Below are positions 20,700-30,588 of a stretch of DNA of 64,000 nucleotides, in pieces. This DNA is from Elusimicrobiota bacterium (GTDB taxonomy: Bacteria > Elusimicrobiota > Elusimicrobia > F11). The notes under the pieces were generated by a model, which did not search any database, was not told the DNA's origin, and worked only from the letters and a program-made list of their open reading frames with translations. Position numbers and translations under genes: made by a program. Positions within the stretch are counted from its first letter, which is position 1. The number at the start of each line of letters is the position of its first letter. The DNA lies in NCBI GenBank assembly GCA_044221725.1, contig JBGAON010000002.1:320001-384000 (forward strand), written 5' to 3'.

Positions 20700-22127
20700 A
20701 TGAAGACCCTAACCACTCACAGAATTGTTGCTGCCGGACTTTTTGCGTCGTTGTCCGTGCTGCCGAATTTTTCCTATTCCTCCGAGGCGCCGGCCTTTGT
20801 GCAATTCGTGCGGCCTCTCGGTATGGGCGGCGCTTTTACGGCCGTGGCGGACGATCAAAATATCTTCTCGTTTAATCCGGCGGGCATGGTGCAGCGCACG
20901 GGCGCCCAGTTGACGATTCTGGAATTGGCGGTGGGCGGTGCAAAAGACACAAAGGAATTTTTTGACTTCGTTAAAGACAACAAAGACGATCTCAAGGACA
21001 TTCAGAACAGCCCGCGCCGAGACGAATTGCTGAACGAAATTCAGACGAACATTTCGAACCTGCGGCCGCGTATTTACGCGGCAGCCGATGTCGCCTCCTA
21101 TGTTTCGGGGCCTCGTGCGTTCGGACTTCCGATGCACGTCGGATTTGGCGCGTTTGGAGTGGTCGACGCAAAATTTCGTATGGGCATCGGTGCCGGCGGA
21201 ATCCCAAACATTTCTTATGCCGTGAACAGCGACGCCATCATTCCGTTATCGCTCGCGCACCGATGGAACGCGCCGTGGGTAATTCCCGGAAAAATTGGAT
21301 TCGGAATCACCGGAAAATACATCCGGCGCGCACAGATTGCGCAGGACCGATTGAGCGTCGTTGGTCTCGATAATTACGATGCGCCGCCCCTAAACACCGG
21401 GCACGGATTTGGAACGGACGTGGGAATGCTGTATCAGCCAACGAATCGAACGAATATTGGGCTCATGGTTCAAGATTTCCTCGGCACAAAGATAAAATTT
21501 GATGCGCTCGCTGCGGAAAAAGGTTATCCGGCGGTGGAAGCCCGCGAAAGCGTCATTCGTCCGCAAACAAACGTGGGCGTGGCGCTCGTTCCCGCAAAGC
21601 TCTTATGGCTTGTTCCGACGAGCGATCGTTGGACGTTTTCCGCCGATGTGCGTGATGTTTTCGCGAACCAAGAGCATATTGTATTTCAGGAAGGCTTTCA
21701 TAAAGTCATTGGCGAGGATTTTTATACGCATCTGCATCTTGGAGCCGAGTTTCGCTACTGGTTCCTGCGGTTTCGCGGAGGGGCTTATCAAGGTTATCCG
21801 ACCCTCGGGCTCGGATTGGACATTCCGGTGTTAAAACTTGATTTTGCGTATTACTCGCGTGAATTGGGCGCGCACGCCGGAGACATTCGCGAGCAAAATT
21901 ACGTCGCGTCGTTGGCGCTTCGGTTTGGATCAGGAAACACCGAATCGCGCGAGCGGATTACAAAACTCAAAGAATCGAAGAAGATGAAACAAGACGCAGC
22001 GCCCGAGGAAGAAACCGAAGTGGCACCAGCGCCAGCCGAAAAAGCACCGGCCGCGACACAACCGGCACCGGCCAAAAAGGCAAACGATAAGAAACTGAGA
22101 CTCTCGGACGATTCAATTCCGAACTGA
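20700..22127 (+). CDS. PorV/FadL/TraF-like outer-membrane beta-barrel
   Basis: Signal peptide; plug motif RPLGMGGAFTAVADD...NPAG; amphipathic strands; Pro/Ala/Lys-rich tail. Confidence 0.8.
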   Translation: MKTLTTHRIVAAGLFASLSVLPNFSYSSEAPAFVQFVRPLGMGGAFTAVADDQNIFSFNPAGMVQRTGAQLTILELAVGGAKDTKEFFDFVKDNKDDLKDIQNSPRRDELLNEIQTNISNLRPRIYAAADVASYVSGPRAFGLPMHVGFGAFGVVDAKFRMGIGAGGIPNISYAVNSDAIIPLSLAHRWNAPWVIPGKIGFGITGKYIRRAQIAQDRLSVVGLDNYDAPPLNTGHGFGTDVGMLYQPTNRTNIGLMVQDFLGTKIKFDALAAEKGYPAVEARESVIRPQTNVGVALVPAKLLWLVPTSDRWTFSADVRDVFANQEHIVFQEGFHKVIGEDFYTHLHLGAEFRYWFLRFRGGAYQGYPTLGLGLDIPVLKLDFAYYSRELGAHAGDIREQNYVASLALRFGSGNTESRERITKLKESKKMKQDAAPEEETEVAPAPAEKAPAATQPAPAKKANDKKLRLSDDSIPN

Positions 22128-22137
22128 GGAGCGAACG

Positions 22138-23229
22138 CTAAGCCGATCGTCGCATTCGAATCCAGAGGATGGTTCCGATTGCGATAAACACGACGTTGCC
22201 AAGCCAGGCTCCAGCCCAGGGTGGAATCAAACGTTGCGCCATGGCTTTACCGAACTGCATGAAACCCAGATAGAACAGCGTTAGGATTCCTGCCGCCGCA
22301 ATGCCCATCGCGTGACTGCCCTTGCTTTGCAGCGCGAGCGGTACGCCGAGAAACGTGACCACAAAACATGCAAACGGAAATGCCAGTTTTGTCATGAGTT
22401 CCACTTCGAGCGGCCGCACGGGAACACCGAGATCTTCCAAATGACGAATGTGTCGACGGAGTTTTTTAAAATTCATTTCTTCCGGCTGCGGTTCTTGAAT
22501 CACGAAATCCGAGGGCTTTTCAGAGAAAAAGAAAATTTCACTATCGAATTTTCGAACCGTGTCGATGGTCACATTGTTTTCTTTAAACGTTCGAACAACG
22601 CCATCTTTGAAAACCCACCCTTGTTTGGTCCATTTGGCGGATTCAGCATCAATCTGGGGGCCCATTTGCGGCGTCGCGTCACGTCGATACGTGTCGACGA
22701 CAACACGCGTCAATATCCCGGTTGACTCGTCCATCGTTTGCACGGTCCAAAGGCGTCCCTCGGAGCCCGCGACCACCAAATTCTTGAACACCGACTGCTG
22801 CCATTCACCCAGGCGGCGAATCTTCTCCCGAAAGACCGTTCGTGCGTATTCGGTGGCGGGAGGAATAAATGTCTCGTTGGAGATCAGCGCAACGAGGGAA
22901 ATTGTAAGGCCGGCCCAGAAAAGCCCCGAAAGAAATTTTTCTGGCGCCAGGCCACCGGCGAGTCCCGCAATATATTCGCGCGACCGCGCAAGGCTTCCGA
23001 CCACAAACAGCGTGGCCAAAAGGCAGGCCACCGGCAAAATTTGCAGCGCTTGGAATGGCAGGGACGTGATAAGAAATCCGATAACGTGCCCAAGGCTCAC
23101 ACCTTCGGCCAGAAAACGATCGAGTCGGTCAAAAATCTGCGAAACAAAGATCAAACAGCACAGCGCGGCGAACGAAGCGAGAAACGGTCGAACGAAACGT
23201 TTGATGATGTAGAGATTCAGAATGCTCAT
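22138..23229 (-). CDS. lptG: LPS export permease LptG
   Basis: LptF/G architecture with LARSREY..G and KLAFPF motifs; downstream of its paralog. Confidence 0.85.
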   Translation of the reverse strand: MSILNLYIIKRFVRPFLASFAALCCLIFVSQIFDRLDRFLAEGVSLGHVIGFLITSLPFQALQILPVACLLATLFVVGSLARSREYIAGLAGGLAPEKFLSGLFWAGLTISLVALISNETFIPPATEYARTVFREKIRRLGEWQQSVFKNLVVAGSEGRLWTVQTMDESTGILTRVVVDTYRRDATPQMGPQIDAESAKWTKQGWVFKDGVVRTFKENNVTIDTVRKFDSEIFFFSEKPSDFVIQEPQPEEMNFKKLRRHIRHLEDLGVPVRPLEVELMTKLAFPFACFVVTFLGVPLALQSKGSHAMGIAAAGILTLFYLGFMQFGKAMAQRLIPPWAGAWLGNVVFIAIGTILWIRMRRSA

Positions 23230-24320
23230 TGATTAAGCAGTCTCCGCAACAGGAAGAGCGACGTGAAAAGGCACGTTAAATTGCCCAGCCACAACGCGAA
23301 ATCCGATTGCAAAATTCCTTTCTCTGCCATCGTTAAACCAAAAATGAGCAGCGTGTAGTAGGTGAATATCACGACGATTGACACGCCAAAGCCAAACCCT
23401 TTTCCTCCGCGCCGCAGCGCCGTGGCCAGCGGAATTCCGACAAGCGCGAGCGCGACGGGGGCAAACGCGATCGCAATGCGCAAACTTCGTTCCGCTTCTA
23501 GGGCGCTCGCTGACAATCCTTGTTTCTTCATATCGTCAATCATTTTCGAAAGGTCGGTGCTCGAAATGTTTCGGAAGCGCGTGCTTTGACTGATGGCCTC
23601 ACGGTTGACCGGAAGCGTAATTCGATAGGTGTCAAACGATACGTGAATAAGGTTGTGAGAATCGGCGCCGTCGTAACGCTGCATTTGTCCGTCGGTCAAA
23701 TCGAGATGGTACGCGTCGGGATCCGCGCGCAGCGCGCCGGTTTTCGCATAAATGCGTTCGGGAGGACGGTCCGGATCGCTTGTTTGGAAAACAAACAAAT
23801 CGCGCAGTTGTTGAGACTTTTTGTCGACCGATTGAGCAAATAGCTTTACATTTTTGACCGAAAAGAATTTTCGCGGTTGAATGTTAATGAGCGGATCCGC
23901 GTTCGCGATTTCTTCGTAGAGCTGGCGAAAACCGCGGTTGGCCCAAGGCGCGACGCGCGTGTTGAATGGAATCATACCGGCGCTAATTGTAAACGCGAAA
24001 AGTATTGGGAGCCAAAGAACTTTAAAAAGAGAGATGCCGGCAGCGCGCACGGCGGTGAGTTCATTTTCTTCTGAGAGACGACCAAAGGTGACCAAGCACG
24101 CGAGCAAGCACGCCATCGGAAGCGTGAGCGGAAGGATGGTTGGAATGAACAAACCGAACAAATGGCCAACCATTCCAATCGCGACGCCTTTGTTGAACAC
24201 GAGATCGATAATGTCAAACAAGCGGTCCAGCAAAAGAACGAACATAAATAAGCCGGATCCGAATAAAAAAGGCGGGAGAAATTGGCGAAAAAAATAAAAG
24301 CTAAGTTGCATGGGGCTCAT
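23226..24320 (-). CDS. lptF: LPS export permease LptF
   Basis: FGRLSEENELTAVRAAGIS; 6 TMs with a periplasmic domain. Confidence 0.88.
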   Translation of the reverse strand: MSPMQLSFYFFRQFLPPFLFGSGLFMFVLLLDRLFDIIDLVFNKGVAIGMVGHLFGLFIPTILPLTLPMACLLACLVTFGRLSEENELTAVRAAGISLFKVLWLPILFAFTISAGMIPFNTRVAPWANRGFRQLYEEIANADPLINIQPRKFFSVKNVKLFAQSVDKKSQQLRDLFVFQTSDPDRPPERIYAKTGALRADPDAYHLDLTDGQMQRYDGADSHNLIHVSFDTYRITLPVNREAISQSTRFRNISSTDLSKMIDDMKKQGLSASALEAERSLRIAIAFAPVALALVGIPLATALRRGGKGFGFGVSIVVIFTYYTLLIFGLTMAEKGILQSDFALWLGNLTCLFTSLFLLRRLLNQ

Positions 24321-24365
24321 GATAGTAAACCGACGAGCGGGACTCGGTCCGAATTTAAAATCGCC

Positions 24366-24394
24366 TTGAAAACTCGAGGGTATGATGATACGCT
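24366..24394 (+). promoter_or_regulatory. Possible sigma70 promoter for the sprA-like gene
   Basis: TTGAAA-17 bp-TACGCT with an extended TG. Confidence 0.3.
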
Positions 24395-24417
24395 GAAATT
24401 ACGGACAGGACCTGAAC

Positions 24418-27400
24418 TTGCGTCATCTCGTGCCATCTTTTGCTCGGTTTTATTTGCTGATTTTGGTCGGCTTTTTTTTTGTGCTGACCTCGTTTCGAAC
24501 TACCTCCTACGCTGATCCCAAAAATAGATTCTCCATTGGTCCCTCGCTTGAAGAAGAGACAGCTCCCACCAAAGAGCCCGAGGAATCGTTTCGCTACACG
24601 CAAGACGATTGGAACCAAATGCGACGTGTGTTCGAAGGAGAAATTGCTCCGGTAACCGTTTCGTCCGCGACCGCGATAATTTCGTCGGGCGCTGTGGTGG
24701 CGCCCAAGCCGCCGCCGGGCCTTTTGAACGTCGACCTGCCTTACGAATCCTCGCTTTCCATTACCGGTCGCAAAGTGATCCGTCTCGATATTCAGAATAC
24801 GCACATCTCGTCCGAACGGGCTGCTGAGCTAGGGACGAAGCAAGACACGCAAAGTTTCAATATGCAGCAAGAGCTCCAGGCGCGCATTCAAGGGACCGTG
24901 GCGCGAAAAACAACGATCAACGTAAATTTTGATGACACGAAAGAAAACGTGAAAGATTTCTCGGTGGTTTATCGCGGCGACCCGGATGAGGTTGTCCAGG
25001 AAGCCGCCTTCGGTGATATCGTGCTGTCGCTACCATCCACCGAGTTTGTTAATTACAACAAGCAACTGTTCGGTATCCGCACCGCCCTAAAGTACAAACG
25101 CGCCGGGCTTATGGTCATCGGGTCGCGAACAAAAGGCACCACGGAAACGAAGCGTTTCACGGGCGCCACCACGCGGCAACAAAAGCGAATCAACGACACG
25201 GCCTACGACCAACGGCGGTTCTACGATCTAACGTTCGCCACCTCGCCCGCAATGTATCAGGGCAATCTTCTTAACAATCATCCACCGCTTCCCATCAACG
25301 GTACGGTTCCTGAAAGTGTGTACATCGAAGACACGACCGGGTTGAATCCTCTGGCAACGACGTATCTCGTGGCGACACCGACGGCTCCCGCTACGACCGC
25401 CATTTCGATTCGCATGCGGCAAATGTCGCCGGGTGTTGATTACAGCGTGGACCGCGTTCGCGGCATCATTACGTTTGTCAACCAGGTGCCGCTGGACGTG
25501 CGCGTTGCCATCGACTTCACGCTCGCCGATGGAACACGTCTGAGTTCGCTCGTGGCCGGTGGAATCGCGGTGCTCATCAAAGACAAACCGCCTGAGGCAC
25601 CGGGCGTCAGCCAAGAAATTAAGCGCTTCTATCGTTTGGGCGATAAAAATATTGTTCGCGACAATGGTCTCGGAAATTTTGCGTTCAAAGTGCTTGATAA
25701 GAACGGTGAAACCGAAATTGGCGATACGCTCGTGCCGCCGCAGCGCTATCCCGACACGATCGAAATGAAATTTGAAACCGGTGTGTTCGAACTTAAGAAT
25801 CCGCTCCCGTTTGGAGATTTGTACGCACCAAACGTCAATACGAACGCCCCGTTGCACGCCATTTTTTCGGTTGAATACCAATCCATCATTCGCACCTTTA
25901 CGTTGCGACCGAACATCGTGATTCAGTCCGAAACGGTGGAAGTGAACGGCCGTAAGGTCACACGCGATCTCGATTACTTCATCGATTACGACATCGGCAT
26001 CATTACGTTTTTTAATGAAGACCTCATCCGCGAATCAACGGTAATCGAGATCACTTACGAGTTCGCGCCGTTTGGTGGCGTGCTCGGCGAGACGTTGGTT
26101 GGCGCGCGCGGCACCTACGACCTCATGCAAGAAAAGAAAACCGGTTTCACGCAAATGGAAAAATGGACCGCGGGTTCCACGGTGCTTTATAATTTCGGCG
26201 CGAAACCGACCGGTCCGCCCGATATCCGCTCCACGCCATCCAGCCTGCTCGTCACCGAAGGAGACACGCAGCTCAAGGGAATAAAATTTGGAAGCATTCC
26301 GATTAAGACAAACGTATCGCTCGAAGCGGCTCGTTCCGATCAGAACCCAAATTTGTTCGGCAAAGCGATCATCGATTCCATGGAAGGCATCAAACAAGAA
26401 GATGCGTCGACCATGCTGCATGACGCGTGGCTGCCCGCCGCCAACCCCATTTCGGGAACGTCCAATACGGTCATGGATTTTCGGCGCCGCGACAATCGCG
26501 ACGGTCATTTGTGGTGGCAAGAAGTGGACGAAAATACGACCGATCCGACGGACGGCAGCGCCACGCAGAAGGTGTTGGAAGTTAATTACAACTTGAATCC
26601 AACGGGCGGATCGATCCCAAACTCGGTTCCCGAACAAGTGTCGTTGGTGAACGTGATTTCGCTCGGCGGCAGAGACTTTTCCAAGAAGACCACGCTCGAA
26701 GTTGAAGTCGAGGGCGCCGGAGCCGAGGGCCAGAATGTCGAGCTGCAGATCGATTACGGAACGTTCAACGAGGACGCTGATGGAGACGGGAAATTGGACA
26801 CCGAGGACCAAATTCCTTTCGATGGAATTCTCAACCTCGGCGAAGACACCGGCTACGATTTTAATGGTCCCGCAGGCCCGTTTGTTATTGGTGCGAACAA
26901 CGGTCGTTTGGATAGCGAAGATTTAAACGGCGACCATGTTTTGACGACCGCGGATACCGCGGTCACCTTTAAACCGCTGTTCTGGTTGTCGGCATCTCAA
27001 GGTCAAACGGATACCGGTGGGCACTTCACGACGGATCTCAGTTTTCCGACCACCGAACGGCGGCTGTTCCAAATTCCTCTGAACATCAACCAACTTTCCG
27101 AAGAAGAAAAAGCGCGGTTTACCTCGGTCAAACAAGTTCGCGTTACCATTCGCAACACGACCCCTGGCGTGACCAAGCAAGGGCGGATTCATATCGTGCG
27201 CTTGGCTATTGTCGGAAATACTTACGAACCGGCCACCATCAGCGGCTCCCTGTCCAGTACGATGACCGTGCGAGCCGTGAACAACAAAGACGATCCTGGC
27301 TATGGCACGCTCGCCACCAATCCAGCGTATCAAGATCTCTATAAGGGAGCGGCCCCGTCCTCTGATGCCAAAGAGCAGGCGTTGTCGCTCGATTACAGCA

Positions 27401-29817
27401 TGGCGCCCGGATCGAGCGCGACGACGCGAAATGTGTTTAGCGTGGTTCGCGACTTTTCAAAACACGATTTCTTCCGTTTTTTCCTCAGCAAGCCCAGAGG
27501 ATGCAGCGGCGGCTGCAACGGCCAAGTGTTCTTACAGGTGGGATCCGAAACCGAATATCAGCAGGCCACCATCGATTTGGTGAACGTGCCCGAAGCGCCG
27601 AATTGGCGGCTCGTGTCAATCGAGCAAAAAGACTTAAACACCGATGGCACGCCGGACACGTGGTCTTCGAGCGACCCCACCGTCGTGATTTCCCGAACGA
27701 ATGGTGCGCCAAACCTTACGCAGGTTGCGCAAATAAAAATTGGTGTTATAAACAATTCGAACGCCACGATAACGAATCAAGTCTGGATCAATGAAATTCA
27801 CGAAGCCGAACCACACGAACGCACCGGACACGCAAAAAAATATGCGTTTGACAGTCAATGGGCCGGATGGATGGATTTTGGAGGTGCCTACCGCGACGTC
27901 GACCGAAATTGGGAGACGCCAACGACCGCGATCACGAACCAAGATAGCACGCAGAGCAACATGTTCGTTAATGTTAATCGAATTTCATTTTTGCCAATGA
28001 CGTTTAAGACGACGCGTGACGTAAACGTGACACCATCGGCATTTCGATCAAATCAGAATGCTCTCGTGTCATTTTTTGATGAAGGACGGGTGGAGCGTTT
28101 CACAAACTCGTCCACCGCGAAACTCATCGTTCCGAAACTTCCGGTTCTTGATTTCAGCTACAACAACGACAAAACAGAAAATACCATTACGCAGCGCACC
28201 GAGATCAACGACGTCGTTAATCTCGGCGCCACATACGCCCCGACCACGAGGTTCGATATGTTGCCGACCGACATGCTAACCCTGCGTCCGATTCCGACCT
28301 CCATCACGTTCTTGCACACCACGCGTCGTTCGAAGTTGCGTTATTCGGCGCTCGAGAAATTGCTGGAATTCAATATTTCAACGGCGCCGTTTACATCCAC
28401 AAATTTAACGCAGTTCAGCGATGAGAATGAGGTTCGAATGGGTTTTAAGCCGTGGGAAGGGTTTACATTTAATCCCGCTTACAAACTGCGGACCGACAAG
28501 GAACAACGCGATTTTCGTGAGGATGAAAAAAACGCTCTTGCTGCGGTGAACAATATCGATCAGGTAAAAACGCCGCGCTCCATTGCTCAGTCCGTGTCCG
28601 CGGCGGGGAATCTGCGAGTTTTCAAGTGGCTTGATCCCCGATACAACTATTCAATGAGTGGCACCGAAACGAACGGACTGCCCACCCAGTCCAACACAAC
28701 GGCGTACAATTTGAAAACCATCACACGAAACAGCCAAGGGGAAGTGTCGGCCGCGATTCAGGTGAGCCAAATTTTGCCGAGCTTTAAACCCACGAATTCC
28801 ATGAATTTCAACACGAGTTACAAATTGGAAAACGGTGACAGTTACGAAAACATGCCGAAAGATTTTTCGTGGCGCAATCAGTTGTGGGTGGGCAAGCCGC
28901 TTGTTGTGAACAGCAGCACCGGCACCGTGAACGTCGCCCGCCGCGTGAACGCCACCGATCGACGAACGTTTCGGACGAATCTGGCGTGGCAGCCGTGGAG
29001 CGCCTATCGCATCGATAGTCGCCGCTTGAAACCACTGAACACGCTCTCACTTACCAGCAACTATCTCGTCTCGCGCGAGGACAGTGAAGACACTGGCACG
29101 CAGCGTCATGTGGACTCGATCACGTGGCCGGATTTAATTCTCACCATTAACGACACCGAAAACTTTTTCAACGTCAAACGCGTGATCAGTGCGTCGCGGT
29201 TGGTACTTAAAACGAACAGGCGTTTGACCGAGACCCGCAACGTTAGTCGTAGTCGCGCCGATAGTTACGGCGTCGATTATCAATTCCAGTTCATTAAGAA
29301 ATACGATTTCTCGACAACCTACAACAAAGCAACAACCCAGGACGACAATTTGGTAACCAATCAATTGGCGTCGCGTTCCGATACAACGAACTTTGCGATC
29401 CAAACGCGTATTCCGGTGCGATCCTGGGCGTACACGCCGCGTTTTGAACGGAACATCAATAACGCCCACGATTCGGTTCAACAAACGAACGACCTCGTGA
29501 ACGACGTGTATTCGTTGCAAATCTATGGTGATATCTCAAAGCCGCTCGGTATTCGATTGGGCCGCAAGGAAATTGGCCTCGCGAACCGCATGATTCTGAA
29601 TTCCACATTGAAGTGGGATAAAAAGCGCTCGTCGATCAATCCGGGCACGAACTTTTTGGATACGTATTCGGCGACGGTCTCCGGCGATTACACAATTTCG
29701 CAAAATTTCCGGCTTGCCATTGGCGGCAATTACAGCCAAGAAGTGCACCATCCCGATTTCAAAAAGCTCGACCGCAGCACTTTCGGCATTAATTCGACAT
29801 TGACGATCCAGTTCTAA
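24418..29817 (+). CDS. SprA/Sov-like giant outer-membrane beta-barrel (T9SS translocon homolog)
   Basis: SprA-like blocks: FNMQQELQARIQG..YRGDPDEVVQEAAFGDIVLSLP..LFG; SETVEVNG...DYFIDYDIG; DTED/DSEDLNGD; VWINE. Long run of strands ending in Phe. Confidence 0.82.
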   Translation: MRHLVPSFARFYLLILVGFFFVLTSFRTTSYADPKNRFSIGPSLEEETAPTKEPEESFRYTQDDWNQMRRVFEGEIAPVTVSSATAIISSGAVVAPKPPPGLLNVDLPYESSLSITGRKVIRLDIQNTHISSERAAELGTKQDTQSFNMQQELQARIQGTVARKTTINVNFDDTKENVKDFSVVYRGDPDEVVQEAAFGDIVLSLPSTEFVNYNKQLFGIRTALKYKRAGLMVIGSRTKGTTETKRFTGATTRQQKRINDTAYDQRRFYDLTFATSPAMYQGNLLNNHPPLPINGTVPESVYIEDTTGLNPLATTYLVATPTAPATTAISIRMRQMSPGVDYSVDRVRGIITFVNQVPLDVRVAIDFTLADGTRLSSLVAGGIAVLIKDKPPEAPGVSQEIKRFYRLGDKNIVRDNGLGNFAFKVLDKNGETEIGDTLVPPQRYPDTIEMKFETGVFELKNPLPFGDLYAPNVNTNAPLHAIFSVEYQSIIRTFTLRPNIVIQSETVEVNGRKVTRDLDYFIDYDIGIITFFNEDLIRESTVIEITYEFAPFGGVLGETLVGARGTYDLMQEKKTGFTQMEKWTAGSTVLYNFGAKPTGPPDIRSTPSSLLVTEGDTQLKGIKFGSIPIKTNVSLEAARSDQNPNLFGKAIIDSMEGIKQEDASTMLHDAWLPAANPISGTSNTVMDFRRRDNRDGHLWWQEVDENTTDPTDGSATQKVLEVNYNLNPTGGSIPNSVPEQVSLVNVISLGGRDFSKKTTLEVEVEGAGAEGQNVELQIDYGTFNEDADGDGKLDTEDQIPFDGILNLGEDTGYDFNGPAGPFVIGANNGRLDSEDLNGDHVLTTADTAVTFKPLFWLSASQGQTDTGGHFTTDLSFPTTERRLFQIPLNINQLSEEEKARFTSVKQVRVTIRNTTPGVTKQGRIHIVRLAIVGNTYEPATISGSLSSTMTVRAVNNKDDPGYGTLATNPAYQDLYKGAAPSSDAKEQALSLDYSMAPGSSATTRNVFSVVRDFSKHDFFRFFLSKPRGCSGGCNGQVFLQVGSETEYQQATIDLVNVPEAPNWRLVSIEQKDLNTDGTPDTWSSSDPTVVISRTNGAPNLTQVAQIKIGVINNSNATITNQVWINEIHEAEPHERTGHAKKYAFDSQWAGWMDFGGAYRDVDRNWETPTTAITNQDSTQSNMFVNVNRISFLPMTFKTTRDVNVTPSAFRSNQNALVSFFDEGRVERFTNSSTAKLIVPKLPVLDFSYNNDKTENTITQRTEINDVVNLGATYAPTTRFDMLPTDMLTLRPIPTSITFLHTTRRSKLRYSALEKLLEFNISTAPFTSTNLTQFSDENEVRMGFKPWEGFTFNPAYKLRTDKEQRDFREDEKNALAAVNNIDQVKTPRSIAQSVSAAGNLRVFKWLDPRYNYSMSGTETNGLPTQSNTTAYNLKTITRNSQGEVSAAIQVSQILPSFKPTNSMNFNTSYKLENGDSYENMPKDFSWRNQLWVGKPLVVNSSTGTVNVARRVNATDRRTFRTNLAWQPWSAYRIDSRRLKPLNTLSLTSNYLVSREDSEDTGTQRHVDSITWPDLILTINDTENFFNVKRVISASRLVLKTNRRLTETRNVSRSRADSYGVDYQFQFIKKYDFSTTYNKATTQDDNLVTNQLASRSDTTNFAIQTRIPVRSWAYTPRFERNINNAHDSVQQTNDLVNDVYSLQIYGDISKPLGIRLGRKEIGLANRMILNSTLKWDKKRSSINPGTNFLDTYSATVSGDYTISQNFRLAIGGNYSQEVHHPDFKKLDRSTFGINSTLTIQF

Positions 29818-29875
29818 CAAGCCTAAACTCTGCGCCCCTCCAACCGGAGGATTTCTGCGTTCGCTTGCCAATGAC

Positions 29876-30517
29876 TTGTTAAACGCGTTTTTGCCCGCCA
29901 CATGTTTAAGTTGCAGGCGCGATCTGGGCAAGTCCGTTCCGGTGCTTCGGTTGTGTGCGCTGTGTGCGTCGCAAATGAGCTCTTCTGGGATTGTCGATTT
30001 TCTCGATCGCGGCGCGCTCAAATTGCACGCAAGTTCCGAGTTTGATGGCCCGCTGCGACATCTCATCCATTCGTTCAAGTACAAACGTCAGCAACGTCTG
30101 GGGGCGCTGCTGGCGCGGCGTTGGTTGCAAAGCTTTTCGCCGATAGAGCTACCTGTCGATGCGGTTGTCTGTGTTCCTTCGACGCCGCTAAAAAACTTGC
30201 TACGCGGATACAATCCGGCCGAAGAGATTGCGAAAGAGATCGCACGCGAGTGGCGTGTCCCTTTGCGCGGAGGAATAATTCGCCGCCGGTGGTTGACCGC
30301 GTCCCAGACCCGCTTCGGGCGTCGGCAGCGTTTCGAGAACGCGGCACAGAGTTTCGCGCCAGCCGCAACAAACAAGTTAATGGGGCAGCGCGTTCTGCTC
30401 GTGGACGATGTTTGTACGACCGGAGCCACGCTCGCGATCTGCGCCCGGATCCTACGCCAGGCGGGGGCCAAAGAGATTATTGCCGGCACCATAGCGCGAG
30501 AAACCCTTCTACGGTAA
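29876..30517 (+). CDS. comF: ComF family protein
   Basis: Two CxxC motifs, FKY, RGYN and the PRTase motif LLVDDVCTTGAT. Confidence 0.85.
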   Translation: MLNAFLPATCLSCRRDLGKSVPVLRLCALCASQMSSSGIVDFLDRGALKLHASSEFDGPLRHLIHSFKYKRQQRLGALLARRWLQSFSPIELPVDAVVCVPSTPLKNLLRGYNPAEEIAKEIAREWRVPLRGGIIRRRWLTASQTRFGRRQRFENAAQSFAPAATNKLMGQRVLLVDDVCTTGATLAICARILRQAGAKEIIAGTIARETLLR

Positions 30518-30532
30518 GCGTTTTTCGGATTC

Positions 30533-30583
30533 TTGACGAATTAAGTCGATTTGGTACAATCCGGCTCAGTAAATATTAGGAGG
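30533..30583 (+). promoter_or_regulatory. sigma70 promoter and RBS for gap
   Basis: TTGACG-16 bp-TACAAT with extended TG; AGGAGG at 30578. Confidence 0.65.
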
Positions 30584-30588
30584 ATCAC

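Noticed and set aside
20700..22127. Conjugative element suggested by the TraF-like label
   Set aside because: No relaxase, VirB4, coupling protein or pilin nearby.
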